This document shows positions 10,479 to 21,831 of a stretch of 64,000 nt of DNA, piece by piece. The stretch comes from Epithemia pelagica. Taxonomy: Eukaryota > Protista > Bacillariophyta. Within the stretch, counting starts at the first letter, position 1. Each line of letters opens with the position of its first letter. The position numbers and the translations under genes were made by a program. The stretch is from contig OX337231.1 of the NCBI GenBank assembly GCA_946965045.2, positions 3,038,001 through 3,102,000 of the forward strand, given 5' to 3'. The notes under the pieces are model-generated. The model worked only from the letters and a program-made list of their open reading frames with translations, ran no database searches and had not been told where the DNA came from.

Positions 10479-13073
10479 ATGCTCTGGCTACTCCTGCTGT
10501 TGATTACATATTTGTTCCCACTAGTGACAAGTAACCAGGCATGTTCTGTTTGTCGGACAGGGATCTCTATTCCAGCCGATTCAATCAACAAAACACTTAC
10601 GATCCCTGGATTGGAGGACTCCATTTCAACCTGTGGTGATTTGCAAACTCTTGCCCAATTTATAGATAATGCGGATTCTCGCTGTGCTTTGATACAATCC
10701 ATTGGCTCCCTTTGTGGTTGTGCGATCCAGTCGGATGCCTGTAAACTGTGCTCCGATGGCAGCTCAATACCAAAAGGATTTGTTTCTACCATGGTAGAGG
10801 ACGTACCACCACAAGCAAAAGTAAATCCACTTCTTCCACCACAATGTGGTATTTTGGAAGCAAGTTTGCATACAGTTTCAGGGACGAGTGATACTTGCGC
10901 TCGGGCTCGGCAAGCAGCAGAGGGTTCATGTGGATGTCCTGTAGCCAGCGGCTCAGCGCAGGACCCTCAAGTCAAAATCACCCAATCACCATCAATATGC
11001 AGTTTATGCCGTGATGGCGACTCATTTCTGTATCCGACGAAGGACTTGTCACCATTTCTATCTCGAAACGCAGAGATGTTGCAGCAAGGTCTGCCAGCAG
11101 AGGTTGACTTGTCTGCGCTGGGTCCACTTACTTGTCAGAATGTGGCCGGATTCATGGCTTCTATAATACCAGGTGGAACTGATCAGTGCAGCGAAATGCA
11201 AAGGTTGTTGGGTGGGCAATGTGGTTGCCAGGCCGTGGATAGATATTGTGACCTTTGTCCGAATGATGTCGAAATTCCCGATCCGGACAGTTTGATTTAT
11301 TATCTCCAAGGACTCACCGGTGGTCCCTTGTTTTCCTGTTCTGAGCTTAACTCGACTTTGACTCAAGCGAGTAGAGGTTCTGCTCAGTGCTTTTTCACGC
11401 GACAAGTCAATTACCTTTGTGGTTATAATGATGGTGATCGTCACTATAATGGAGCCGACATGAAGTGAAACGGGCCTTTTTGGTATGGATCGCTCGGATA
11501 TCAGGCCTGCTTAGTTTGATGGGTTCACTCTGGATCATTACGGACATTGCACGCAATCGCAGAAAACGCGAAAAATCTCTCTTCCATCAATTGGTCTTCT
11601 TCATCAGTCTCTTTGACTGCTTTACCAGTTCAAGCTGGATATTGGGAACGGCGCCGATTCCGGAATACGAAAATGGGCAGCCTACCGACGTTTACGGGGC
11701 CATTGGGAATGAGGCAACGTGCACTGCCCAAGGCTTCTTTGTGCAACTGGGGCTGATTGGATCACTTAGTTTCAACATGGTTTTGAGCTCGTATTATGTT
11801 TTGGTGATTGTCAAAAGTTACCGAGAGTGGCATTTTCGTTCGCTTCGAAAATGGTTTCTGGCGGTTCCTATTGTGATTGCCGTGGGCATGGCATTTGCTG
11901 GTATACCATACTACCAAAATGTCCTCCTTTATTGTCACATTGGTCCATACCCCTTGGCTCCAAATCAAACGCAAATTTCGGTTTTTATGTGGGCCCCCAT
12001 GGCCCTATCGTGGTTTGTTTGTAGTGTGAACATGACATGGATATATTGGGTTGTTCGAAAACAAAGCATTGCTGCTGAACGATGGCGAATGCCTGGGAGA
12101 GGGAAAAGCAATGGGATTGCGTTTCATGCTCCCATTGATGGGACTGCACCAACTTCAAATTCTCATGTGGATCGGGTTTCATCCAACGAAAGTCAAGGGT
12201 ATGGTGGAATCCACGACCCACCTTTGAACCAAGATAAGACCATTTCTATTGAACAAGACCAAAGAGTAATTCCCACAGGGAATAGAGACAACAACTATCA
12301 GCGTGGGCGAGCTACTCAATCTCTGCATCGTGCTGTTGTGTGGCAAGCGACGTTCTATTTGTCGTCCTTCTTCTTAACGTGGCCTTTTTACTTTGCTGGT
12401 ACAATGAAGCCGACCAATGAAACATACGGATTTTGGGTAAGTGCTTGCTTCTCCTTCCATGAACTTCAATATGTTGATGTTTCACGCTCGAATTCTTACT
12501 CACATTATTTTCGCCTTTCTAAATTCACGCCTGTAGGTTATGTTGGTTTTCATGTCACCGTTACAAGGCTTTCTCAACTTGATCATTTACATGCGTCGCC
12601 GGTGGGGACAAGCGTTGCTGAGATACAGAGACCGCCGCCATCAAGCTTCTCATGCTTCGTCAGAACCAAAATCAGGTGGAAACAATGTAAACAGCATTCC
12701 TCCGAGCTCGAGAAAGATTTCTTGGAATCCATCTTCCACTGGTTCAAACAATCTAGAGCGTTCTACGGTGTTTGTAGACCCATCTGAGAGAGATTGGATT
12801 GCCCAAAGAGATGAGAATACGATGGACGTGCCCAACAACAGTGTGGGTATCAGATCTCCACCTTTGAACCTGGCAACCGCCCGGCGAAGAGCAGAACCTG
12901 AGGAAATGGATGGAACGTCAAGCACCCATCATCACGAAGAAGACATTCCAGTCGACAATGCTGACGCTGACGATGATCGAGACAACGAACACGCCACAAA
13001 AATGGTGCCTTCAACCGCTGATTCTGCGTCCACGTCCTTGAGTTTCATTGTTGGAATCCGAGAAGAAATTTGA
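10479..13073 (+). pseudogene. Cys-rich ectodomain 7TM GPCR-like gene, copy A (one 1-bp frameshift; may be an allele or assembly error)
   Basis: Signal peptide, four Cys modules, then TM helices (cAMP-receptor/Git3-like pattern). Intron 12437-12536 (GTAAGT..CTGTAG). Versus copy B a C is missing after 11460 (gacatgaag vs gacactgaag). Confidence 0.75.
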
Positions 13074-13882
13074 AAGCATCGTTGTATGGAATGAGACTAC
13101 TGAGATGGACACAAATCGGGGTCAGAAGTAGAAGTCACAAACACTGAACTGTGCAGGAAGCAAATGCATCTTCTCAGAATCTATCTGTTCCAATTGCCAT
13201 TTTCACTACCATGAGTTGGTTTTGGTTGACCCGGTCCACATGTTGTTTGATCTACATATTCTCTCTGTTCGACCCGCAGGCTGTGATCAAATTTGCTCTC
13301 AAACTGCATTCATGATGGCACAATGAGGGTTGCACCACTAATCATTATCCGGGAGTTGTCTCGGAGATGAAGATTCTCGACTGATCTTCGCTTGTGGAGA
13401 TGTAAGTCGCTCTTCGGCACTTCATTCCATCATTCCTCGTAGAAGGAGTGGAACGTTTTAATTTGCAACAAGTCCTTGGTCACAGGCAGATGGGAGACGG
13501 GAGACGGGAGCTGCATTTTTGCAATGGCGAATGGCGACGAGATTTCTTTTTGTTGTGTTTTTTGTGTGCTAGAACACGTTACTTTTCGTGTTGTTTGTTT
13601 TTTGTGTGCTTGCTGTTTTGTGTGACGTAGTGCCACGACAGAACATGTAATAATAACCTTACGAGTATTATTAATTATTATTACTCATATTTATATATTG
13701 TGACTTCATCGTGTGTAGCTTGTAGGGACTTCCGCAAGAAAACTCTGAAAATTCATCGGGAATCAACGCTTTTTTGGAAAAGGAGCGATGAGCTGGCAAA
13801 AAAGCGAAAACGCCCAACCAAAAGCTGAAGAAAAAATGAAAGAAGTTGCAGTAACGAAACAGCCCATAACACAAAAATAACC

Positions 13883-16586
13883 ATGGCACCGAGGTGGACC
13901 GCTTTTGTTCCTTGGTCACCTTGCTTTTCCATGTCATGTCTCGTTTTGCTCGCGATTCTTCTATCATCCTTCGCGCTGGTGACAAGCAACCAGGCATGTT
14001 CTGTTTGTCGGACAGAGATCTCTATTCCAGCAGATTCAATCAACATCACACTTACAATCCCTGGTATGGATTCGATTTCAACCTGTGGTGATTTGCAAAC
14101 TCTTGCCCAATTTCTAGATACTACAGATTCTCGTTGTGCTTTGATACAATCCATTGGCTCCCTTTGTGGTTGTGAGATCCAGTCGGATGCCTGTAAATTG
14201 TGCTCCGATGGCAGTTCAATACCAAAAGGATTTGTTTCTACCATGGTAGAGGACGTACCACCACAAGCAAAAGTAAACCCACTTCTTCCACCACAATGTG
14301 GTATTTTGGAAGCAAGTTTGCATACAGTTTCAGGGACGAGTGACACTTGCGCTCAGGCTCGCCAAGCAGCAGAGGGTTCATGTGGATGTCCTGTAGCCAG
14401 CGGCTCATCACCAAATCAATCGCAAGACCCTCAAGTCAAAATCACCCAATCATCAATATGCAGTCTTTGTCGTGATGGCGACTGAGTCCTGTATCCGACG
14501 AAGGACTTGCCACCATTTCTATCTCGAAACGCAGAGATGTTGCAGCAAAGCCTCCCAGCAGAGGTTGATTTATCTGCAATGGGTCCTCTGACCTGTCAGA
14601 ATGTGGCCGGGTTCATGGCTTCTATAATACCAGGTGGAACTGATCAGTGCAGTCAAATGCAAACGCTGTTGGGTGGACAGTGTGGCTGCCCTGCTGTGGA
14701 TGGACATTGCAAGTTTTGTCCGAATGATGTCGAAATTCCCGATCCTGACAGGTTGATTTATTCTATCCAAGGAATTACGGGCGGCCCTTTGTTTTCCTGT
14801 TCTGAATTCAACTTGACACTGACGCAAACACGAGGCAACTCCGATCAGTGCTACTTCATGAAGCAGGCGAACTATCTTTGTGGTTGCAATGATGGTGATC
14901 GTCACTATAATGGAGCCGACACTGAAGTGAAACGGGCCTTTTTGGTATGGATCGCTCGGATATGAGGCCTGCTTAGTTTGATGGGTTCACTCTGGATCAT
15001 TACGGACATTGCACGCAATCGCAGAAAACGCGAAAAATCTCTCTTCCACCAATTGGTCTTCTTCATCAGTCTGTTTGACTGTTGTACCAGCACTACATTC
15101 ATTTTGGGCTCGGCACCTATTCCAGAATACCAATTTGGTTAACCTACAGATGTTTACCGAGCCGTCGGCACCGAGGGAACATGTACGGCACAAGGCTTCT
15201 TTGTGCAACTGGGTATGATAGGAGCGCTTGGCTTCAACGTGGTCTTGAGTTCATATTACGTTCTGGTGATTGTCAAAAATTACCGAGAGTGGCATTTTCA
15301 GTCACTTCGGAAATGGTTTCTGGTGGTTCCCATTGTCATCGCTGTGGGTATGGCCTGTGCGGGAATTCCCTTCTACAATTACGTTCTCATCTACTGCCAT
15401 ATTCCCCCTTACCCCGTGGCTCCCGACCAGACTCAAATTGCGTTGTTTGTCTTGGTTCCGATTGCCTTTGCTTGGTTTGTGTGCAGTGTGAACATGGCAT
15501 GGATCTTTTGGGTTGTTCGGAAACAAAGCATCACCGCGGAGCGATGGCGTTTGGCGGGGAGAGGTAGAAGCAGTATTACAGTATTTGAGGCTCCAATGCA
15601 CGGTTCGTCTCAAACTCCGCCTTCGTATGTGGATCGATCATCCTCCAATGACACAATGGCATTTGGTGGTGGAATTCATGAACGATCCCTGAGCCGAGAA
15701 AAGAGCAGTCGCCGCTCTGTCATTCAAAGGATACATGATCGGAGAGAACGGACAAGAAATCACGAGGGACGAGCGACTCAATCTTTGCATCGTGCTGTGG
15801 TTTGGCAAGCAACGTTTTACTTGGCATCCTTTTTTTTGACGTGGCCGTTTTATTTTGCGGCCACTCTGGACGCCACCAATGAAAGATATGGATTTTGGGT
15901 ACGTGCTTTGTTTTTCTTTGCGTGAAGGTATTCGGCGTGCGATCACAGCATACATCTCATGAGTTACTTTGATCCTGTTTCCAACCACCAAAGGTAATGG
16001 TTGTTTTCTTTTCTCCATTGCAAGGCTTTATCAATTTGATTGTTTATATGCGCCGTCGATGGGGACAAGCGTGGCAGCGATACCGACATCGTCGTAAACA
16101 AGAACGTGCGTCTTGTTCGCAACCAGACGACACTCGAAATATCCCAAGGTGCAGTCGTGTCAAATGGGATCCATCATCTACGTCGGATTCCAACAAAGTG
16201 GAACGGTCGACCTTGAATGTCGATTGCACAGAGAACGATTGGAGTCGTCCTATTTCTTCAATGAGTGATGATGGTATGGCTGTGCCTGAAGGTTATCCGG
16301 ATGAACTTTGCAAACTGCACGGTCTCCACCGTCCAACTTGGCAACGACGGCGCGAATGGAGCTCCGGCCAAAGGTTAAAACTGTCGCGGAACAGATCCAT
16401 AATACGCAGGACGACGATCACCACTCCATTCTTGAAACCCAGGACGACGATGATGATGATGACGAATTGTACGAGAACGACCCCCAAACCAACGAACCGG
16501 AATATATCACAACGAGAACACTGCCGACGATTCGGGATGATTCGTGGTCGGGTAGTTTTACAGTCGGATCTCGATGCGAAATCTAA
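13883..16586 (+). pseudogene. Cys-rich ectodomain 7TM GPCR-like gene, copy B (disrupted)
   Basis: Collinear paralog of copy A with in-frame stops TGA 14483-85, TGA 14963-65 and TAA 15140-42. Intron 15899-15993 at the same position as in A. Frameshift near 16300-16320. Confidence 0.8.
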
Positions 16587-17074
16587 ACACTGAGCAGCAC
16601 ACACGTCCATATTGCATGCCACACCAAAACACCTGTGGCATGGAGAAACTCTTGGATCGAGTGTCTCCACATACCGCGAAAAAAGCCAATGCATTCGCGG
16701 ATCTACGAATCCTGGCTTGGTTTGTCCCGGGAAAGGTTCCGAGGGGTCCATCCACGCAAATGCACCCTCCTCGTGTCATGTGAGAGCGGAACATGGAAGG
16801 GGGTGGAAAAAGAATTCTGCGGGCGCATTCTGGACAAGCAAAAAGGCACCAACTTGCACGGTTCCTCCAGTACATACTATAGACCACAGAGACTATCGAC
16901 CAGGAACAAACACCATGAATCGGTTCCAGTCCCGCGAGCCAATGATTCGAATCGGCAAGGCAAACGCCCATGAGGAGGGTTGTGGAGGGATTGTTCCATT
17001 TCGTACCTGTCTTCTACTAGCTTCAGCTATCCGTATTCGCTTGCGTCGTTGTGTCACTGGCGCTAGTGTTTCTA

Positions 17075-17357
17075 CCAACCAAGTAGACCTACCTTGTTCG
17101 AGTTTGTGTTGGAGAGTCGAATCCCGACCATATAGCGTCTCTATCTTTCTGTCGTCTGACGGGCCCAATCACCGATCACGCAGTGCGTCTTTCTCTACGA
17201 CACAAGAGGTACCCTCACCACAACAAGAGAGGCGAGAGGGTAGAGTTCATTCCCAGTGAAATTGGCGTCTCATAGATATACTTACTCCTAGCTAGATACA
17301 CTCCTAATAGATGTCGTCGTTCGTGTCCCTATTCATTGCAACCAATGAGGGACAGCA
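17075..17357 (-). repeat. Dispersed ~260-280 bp repeat, copy 1 (inverted relative to 41781-42033)
   Basis: Reverse complement aligns over the whole length with 41781-42033. The 71-bp core 17284-17354 differs at one base. Confidence 0.85.
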
Positions 17358-17476
17358 AACAAAAATCCGCTTGTCACAAACTGTTGCTTTTGGTGAATTC
17401 CCTTTTCCAGTGCTGTTCTTGTAGGTAGTTGTCTGCTGTTTTCTTCTTGCTGTTGGTGTGGTGGTTGTGGTTGCTG

Positions 17477-19024
17477 TTAATTCATGAGTCGTGGAATGAG
17501 ATTGACCTTGGGCGATTCGCTAAACCACAGATAATCAGCCACCTTGGTTTGGTAGTCCAGGGTTTCGGGACCGGTTCCAATTTCGAGTCGTAATTTGGGA
17601 ATTTTGGACAAGGTTTCAACGGCCGTGGGATTGAGTAACAGGGTGGTGACGGCATTGTTGGTGACACCACACTCGGGTTGGAGAAATTGACAAATTCGAG
17701 GAATGCGGCCATTCATGCCTCCCAAAAAGCGTAAATCGGCAATCGGGGCCACGACCATGACAAAGGAGGAGGAGGACGAGGACGAGGAAGAAGAAGATCC
17801 GACGGCGTAGTGGGCCACAGCGGTGGCTCCCGCTTCATGAGCCATGATTCGTTGGGAAAAGAAATTGCCAAACGAATCATTCTTATCGACGGGTACATAA
17901 TCCTTGGCCAAGGATCGGTTGGTATAGAGTTTGAATTTAGGATCTTGCGTCAATCCAATAAAGCCTTGGGCATCGACCACGTAATTGGCTCGTCGTTCGG
18001 CATTGACATTTTGCAATCCCTGAGATCGTACCGTGACCATATCCTCGACTTCGGGTGCCATGGCAATGAGGTCCACCTTTTTATTATTATTGCTGTTGCT
18101 GGCCAACGCAAAGAGGGGTGCATAGAGTTGTTGCGTTTCGAGCGAGACGCCCGCATCCAGCAAGGCTTTTTGGAGTTGGGCCGGGTCCAATTCTCCCGCC
18201 GTGTATTGATTCAAAATGGGTTGTGTGCTATAGGGACAAAAGTAGAGCCCCAAACCTGTCCGATCGTTTTTGGTAGTGCTTGCTTGAATCATGGGTTCCA
18301 TGAGTTGGACAGCCAATTCCACATCTTTGGGTTGTGGTTGCATGGGCATGGCCAAACAACAAAAGGAGGCAGTCCAGGACGATGACGCTTTGGATTGTTG
18401 GTTGTTCCCACCGGTCAAGGTGGAGACACTGTTAATGGCTCCAAACACGGCCTTGTTGAGCATATTGTTCAAATTAATCGAGTCGATAATGACGGCTTCC
18501 TTGTCGGTCCCCGATCCTCGTCCCAAGGCTTGCAAAATACCTTGTCCTTGACGTGGTGTAATCGATAAAAGTGTGGGTGGAATGGTGGAATCGACACGAT
18601 AGGTCAAGGGTCGAATCGCTGGTTGGTAGGTGGCCTGTGCGGGCAAGGACGACGACAGCGCGGTCGCCGCCACCGTGGTTCCCTGCAAAAAATGCCGACG
18701 AGAAGAGGAACCGTCTTTTTGGTTTCTAGCAGAAGAATCGTCAATGGGACCATTGTCACTCGGAGACGGGAGACTGTCATGATCCCCGTGACGTTTCATC
18801 TGCAGGCAATAACAACAACAACCCTTGTTGTTGTTGTTGTCCTCGTTGTTTGGGTGCCGACGAGAACTCGCTCCATAGTTGCCAGTGTTAGAAAGAACAA
18901 ACCCATGACATGGTCTTGATACGACCGTCATGAGATGAAGGAGAGAGCATAGTAGAACAAGAAGGATTCGTTCTCGAGGGTTTCCTGTGATCCTTCTCAT
19001 GGTTGTTGACGTCTTGTTGGTCAT
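17477..19024 (-). CDS. ChaN/haem-uptake (Tiki superfamily)-like protein, predicted thylakoid lumen
   Basis: Signal peptide (CHG/F), transit region, Tat-like RRHFLQ...AQA. Segments TGLGLYFCPYSTQPILNQYTAGEL, GMNGRIPR and ADYLWFS resemble ChaN/RER5-6-type domains. Confidence 0.65.
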   Translation of the reverse strand: MTNKTSTTMRRITGNPRERILLVLLCSLLHLMTVVSRPCHGFVLSNTGNYGASSRRHPNNEDNNNNKGCCCYCLQMKRHGDHDSLPSPSDNGPIDDSSARNQKDGSSSRRHFLQGTTVAATALSSSLPAQATYQPAIRPLTYRVDSTIPPTLLSITPRQGQGILQALGRGSGTDKEAVIIDSINLNNMLNKAVFGAINSVSTLTGGNNQQSKASSSWTASFCCLAMPMQPQPKDVELAVQLMEPMIQASTTKNDRTGLGLYFCPYSTQPILNQYTAGELDPAQLQKALLDAGVSLETQQLYAPLFALASNSNNNKKVDLIAMAPEVEDMVTVRSQGLQNVNAERRANYVVDAQGFIGLTQDPKFKLYTNRSLAKDYVPVDKNDSFGNFFSQRIMAHEAGATAVAHYAVGSSSSSSSSSSSFVMVVAPIADLRFLGGMNGRIPRICQFLQPECGVTNNAVTTLLLNPTAVETLSKIPKLRLEIGTGPETLDYQTKVADYLWFSESPKVNLIPRLMN

Positions 19025-19180
19025 GGTGGGAGGATGTCGTCGTTCGTCGTCCCTTCTGCCGATTGGATTGATTTGATCTTCGGGGAACGAAGTGAGTCGC
19101 AGAAAAACGTCATCGTCTCTTAGTCGCTCTTAGGTGGCAGTTGACGGGGAACCTCATCCGACCACGAGTCGACCGTACCC

Positions 19181-20196
19181 AAGGTGTAAAGAGAATTACG
19201 AAACACAAGGACACGATGAGAATTGGCCGCTTTAACGTTCACACAACGACCAAATATTTCGACCTAGTGAAAGATGCGCTCAAGGTCCGGATCACAGCTA
19301 TGGTCCAATTGGAAAGGAGTGTTCATAATCTCAATCCCAGAGAACCCTACGAGGGACGCTACCCGCAAGTGTATCTGAAACATGAACTTTATGGCTCTGG
19401 TGGAACCGGTGTAGATGATGCAGCCTCAACTGACCATGGTGGCTCATTTGCTACTTATATTTCTTCTATCAAGTCAACATAGTCCAAGGACGAAGACAAC
19501 GACAACAGCAGTGGTGATGGAACAAACGGCGGAGAAAGCTATCTCAAACCTCCAAGCAACAACGGTCCTACTCCTCAAGCATGGACCACTGTGGTTCCCG
19601 TTGAAACAGTAGTAGCTTCAACGACAGTTGGAACGACAAGCCAGTTCACGAGCGAAGATTTCGAACGGATGAAAAAAGAGAACGAAGAACTTACTACTGA
19701 AGTAAAGGAACTCAAGGATGCGTTGAATCAGTTTATTCAAAGCCAAAAAGAAACTCAAGCAAGCGAACAGTCGCAGATGATTAGTTCCATTATGGGAGCG
19801 ATGCAACAACAATTCCAGCTGATGCTTCAACAAACTATGTCTCAGAATCACGGAGGAGGCTATGGTTACCCTCCCAACCAAAATATGTTCTCACCGTACC
19901 AACAACAACAATATGCTCAACCACAAATCCCAAACAACCTTTTTCCACATGGAGCAAGCCCCGTAAACCAACAGTTTCTTGGACCTCAAGAACAACCACT
20001 ACCCCAAACGCCCATCGCTCAAGGAAAGACTTCCTTTTCCGGCTCACATGAACAGAGCCACTACGAACAGAACCATGGCGCTACGGAGCAGCCGAATGAT
20101 GGTTCAGAACAACAGGCAGCATCCCTCGATGCTAGCATGGCGCAGAATAGCTCTTCCTTAGCAGCGGATGAGTCCTTCGCCGAAACAAGCGATTAA
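19181..20196 (+). pseudogene. LINE ORF1 3' part (one internal stop)
   Basis: Single reading frame from the insertion junction to TAA 20194-96, broken only by TAG 19480-82. Coiled-coil and Gln-rich. Ends 2 nt before the ORF2 ATG. Confidence 0.65.
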
Positions 20197-20198
20197 CC

Positions 20199-21073
20199 AT
20201 GAGTGAGTCAGCTAGTAGCCTGATTAACTCATATGTAGCAAATCTCGAGACAACACAAACACTCCGCTTTCAATCTGTTCAAGAAGAACTCTCTCGCCGT
20301 TTAGGCAACAATACAAACCACCTTGGTATACGAACTACCGTTCAGGAATCTACTACAAACGACGCAAATAGCGTCCCCCAACAAAACAATTCAAGCCCCT
20401 CAGGCACCTTTACAACTGTCCAAGGACAAGAAAACAACGACGACGCCACAAGCGTCGATGTCGACACAGAAACACTCACACGCATAGAACAAGAAAACTA
20501 CCTCAACAACAAACATATTGGGACAAAGATCGAGCACGAAAAAGATGAGAACACCTTCAGAGTGTACTTCTGTAACGTCAATGGCTTTAAATTAAGCAAT
20601 GACGGAGGAGAATATGCAGAATTCTGTATGGAAATGGAAAAACTGCAAACAGACGTATGGGGAGTTGCGGAAACCAACCTAGACTCTATCCAACACGAAG
20701 TGAGAGACATTCTTCATCGAACAAACCGGAAACATTTCGAGTATAGCAAGATGTCAGTTGGGAGCTCGAACATCTCAGCACGACGGAGCTATTATAAACC
20801 AGGTGGGACAATGGTGTGCGCTCAAGGAAGAACGACGTCAAGGATTATTGATCATGGTTGCGATCGTCTAGACCGTTGGTCATATCAGACATTGATTTGC
20901 AAGAATTATCTGAAACTCACGATAATTATGGCGTACCAAGTATGCCACCAGAACATCACCACAACGGATCAAGAAGGCAATCAGAATGTACGCTCTTACA
21001 CATGCTCTGCACAGCAGACAAGCATGCTACGCCAACAAGGACGTCGCGAAACACCACGAGAAGCATTCGTGAT
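20199..21073 (+). pseudogene. LINE ORF2 N-terminal part: apurinic endonuclease (APE) domain
   Basis: FRVYFCNVNGF, DVWGVAETN, YKPGGTM, IMAYQVC. Cut at GTGAT by the copia insertion. Confidence 0.85.
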
Positions 21074-21831
21074 TGATAAACTTCTCTCGATTCAACAGGG
21101 GTTAGACGGATAGGTAGGATAGGTAAAAGGCTCGCTGAGCCGACAATCGAATCACCAACCGATACAACAATCCTCCACGGGTCAGAGAAGAGTTGCAAGT
21201 CGAAGTCCGCCGTGGGTGGGGGCAGTCGGTCCACTGATAAGAGGTAAGTCTTAAGATGAGTGTTAAAATGGTGATATTAATGATTGTGAGACGATTACTA
21301 ACTAAGGTGGTTGATGGTGCCGAAGTCCTGGCTCTTGCATACGGCCATGGATCTGGTGTGATAGGTCCTCACTGGTTGGAGTAGACCGGCATTGGTGTAT
21401 ATTGAATGTATAGGGTGATGGATAACATGTATGGGATGCAACAGCTCTTGCTTTGTCGTGGTATAAGTCTTGTCCTGGGCGCGTTGCTGTTTGCATTCTT
21501 GGATTTGTGGGAACAGAGATATGGTCTCGCGTGATCGTGATTCGTGCTTTGATTACATAGACCGTTAGGTCGAATCGTGGATGCGCGTACTCGGATAGTA
21601 GAGGAGCGCACTTGATAGTTTTGGGCGCGCACGTGTTGGGCCATAGTTAATATCCGAGCGGTCGCCAATAACGCGTGCACTGCGAGCATGCCGTGGCCAA
21701 ATTTATAGTTTCGCGAGCATGCCGACATTCTTTTCTCACTTTTAGGAAAATGTCATCGGATGCCATAAAATACTAGCATCATTCGATGAGTTGTAGGTTT
21801 CGCCACCTAGTTTTCGGTGAGAATCCTAACA
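21074..21831 (-). repeat. 3' LTR of the copia element
   Basis: No difference found by eye versus 28616-29373. ORF-track translations inside both copies are identical (offset 7542). Confidence 0.96.

Noticed and set aside
14483-14965. Selenocysteine or TGA read-through in receptor copy B
   Set aside because: The TGAs replace Ser (TCA), not Cys. The same copy also has an in-frame TAA and a frameshift, so pseudogenisation is simpler.
17058-17130. Pol III A/B-box (tRNA-derived SINE) reading of the dispersed repeat
   Set aside because: B-box-like gttcgagt and gtcgaatccc are present, but the A-box-like sequence is imperfect and not shared by copy 2. No tail or TSD.
21302-21728. Short ORFs inside the LTRs (repeated at 28844-29270)
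   Set aside because: Short, no recognisable features, and duplicated only because the LTRs are duplicated.
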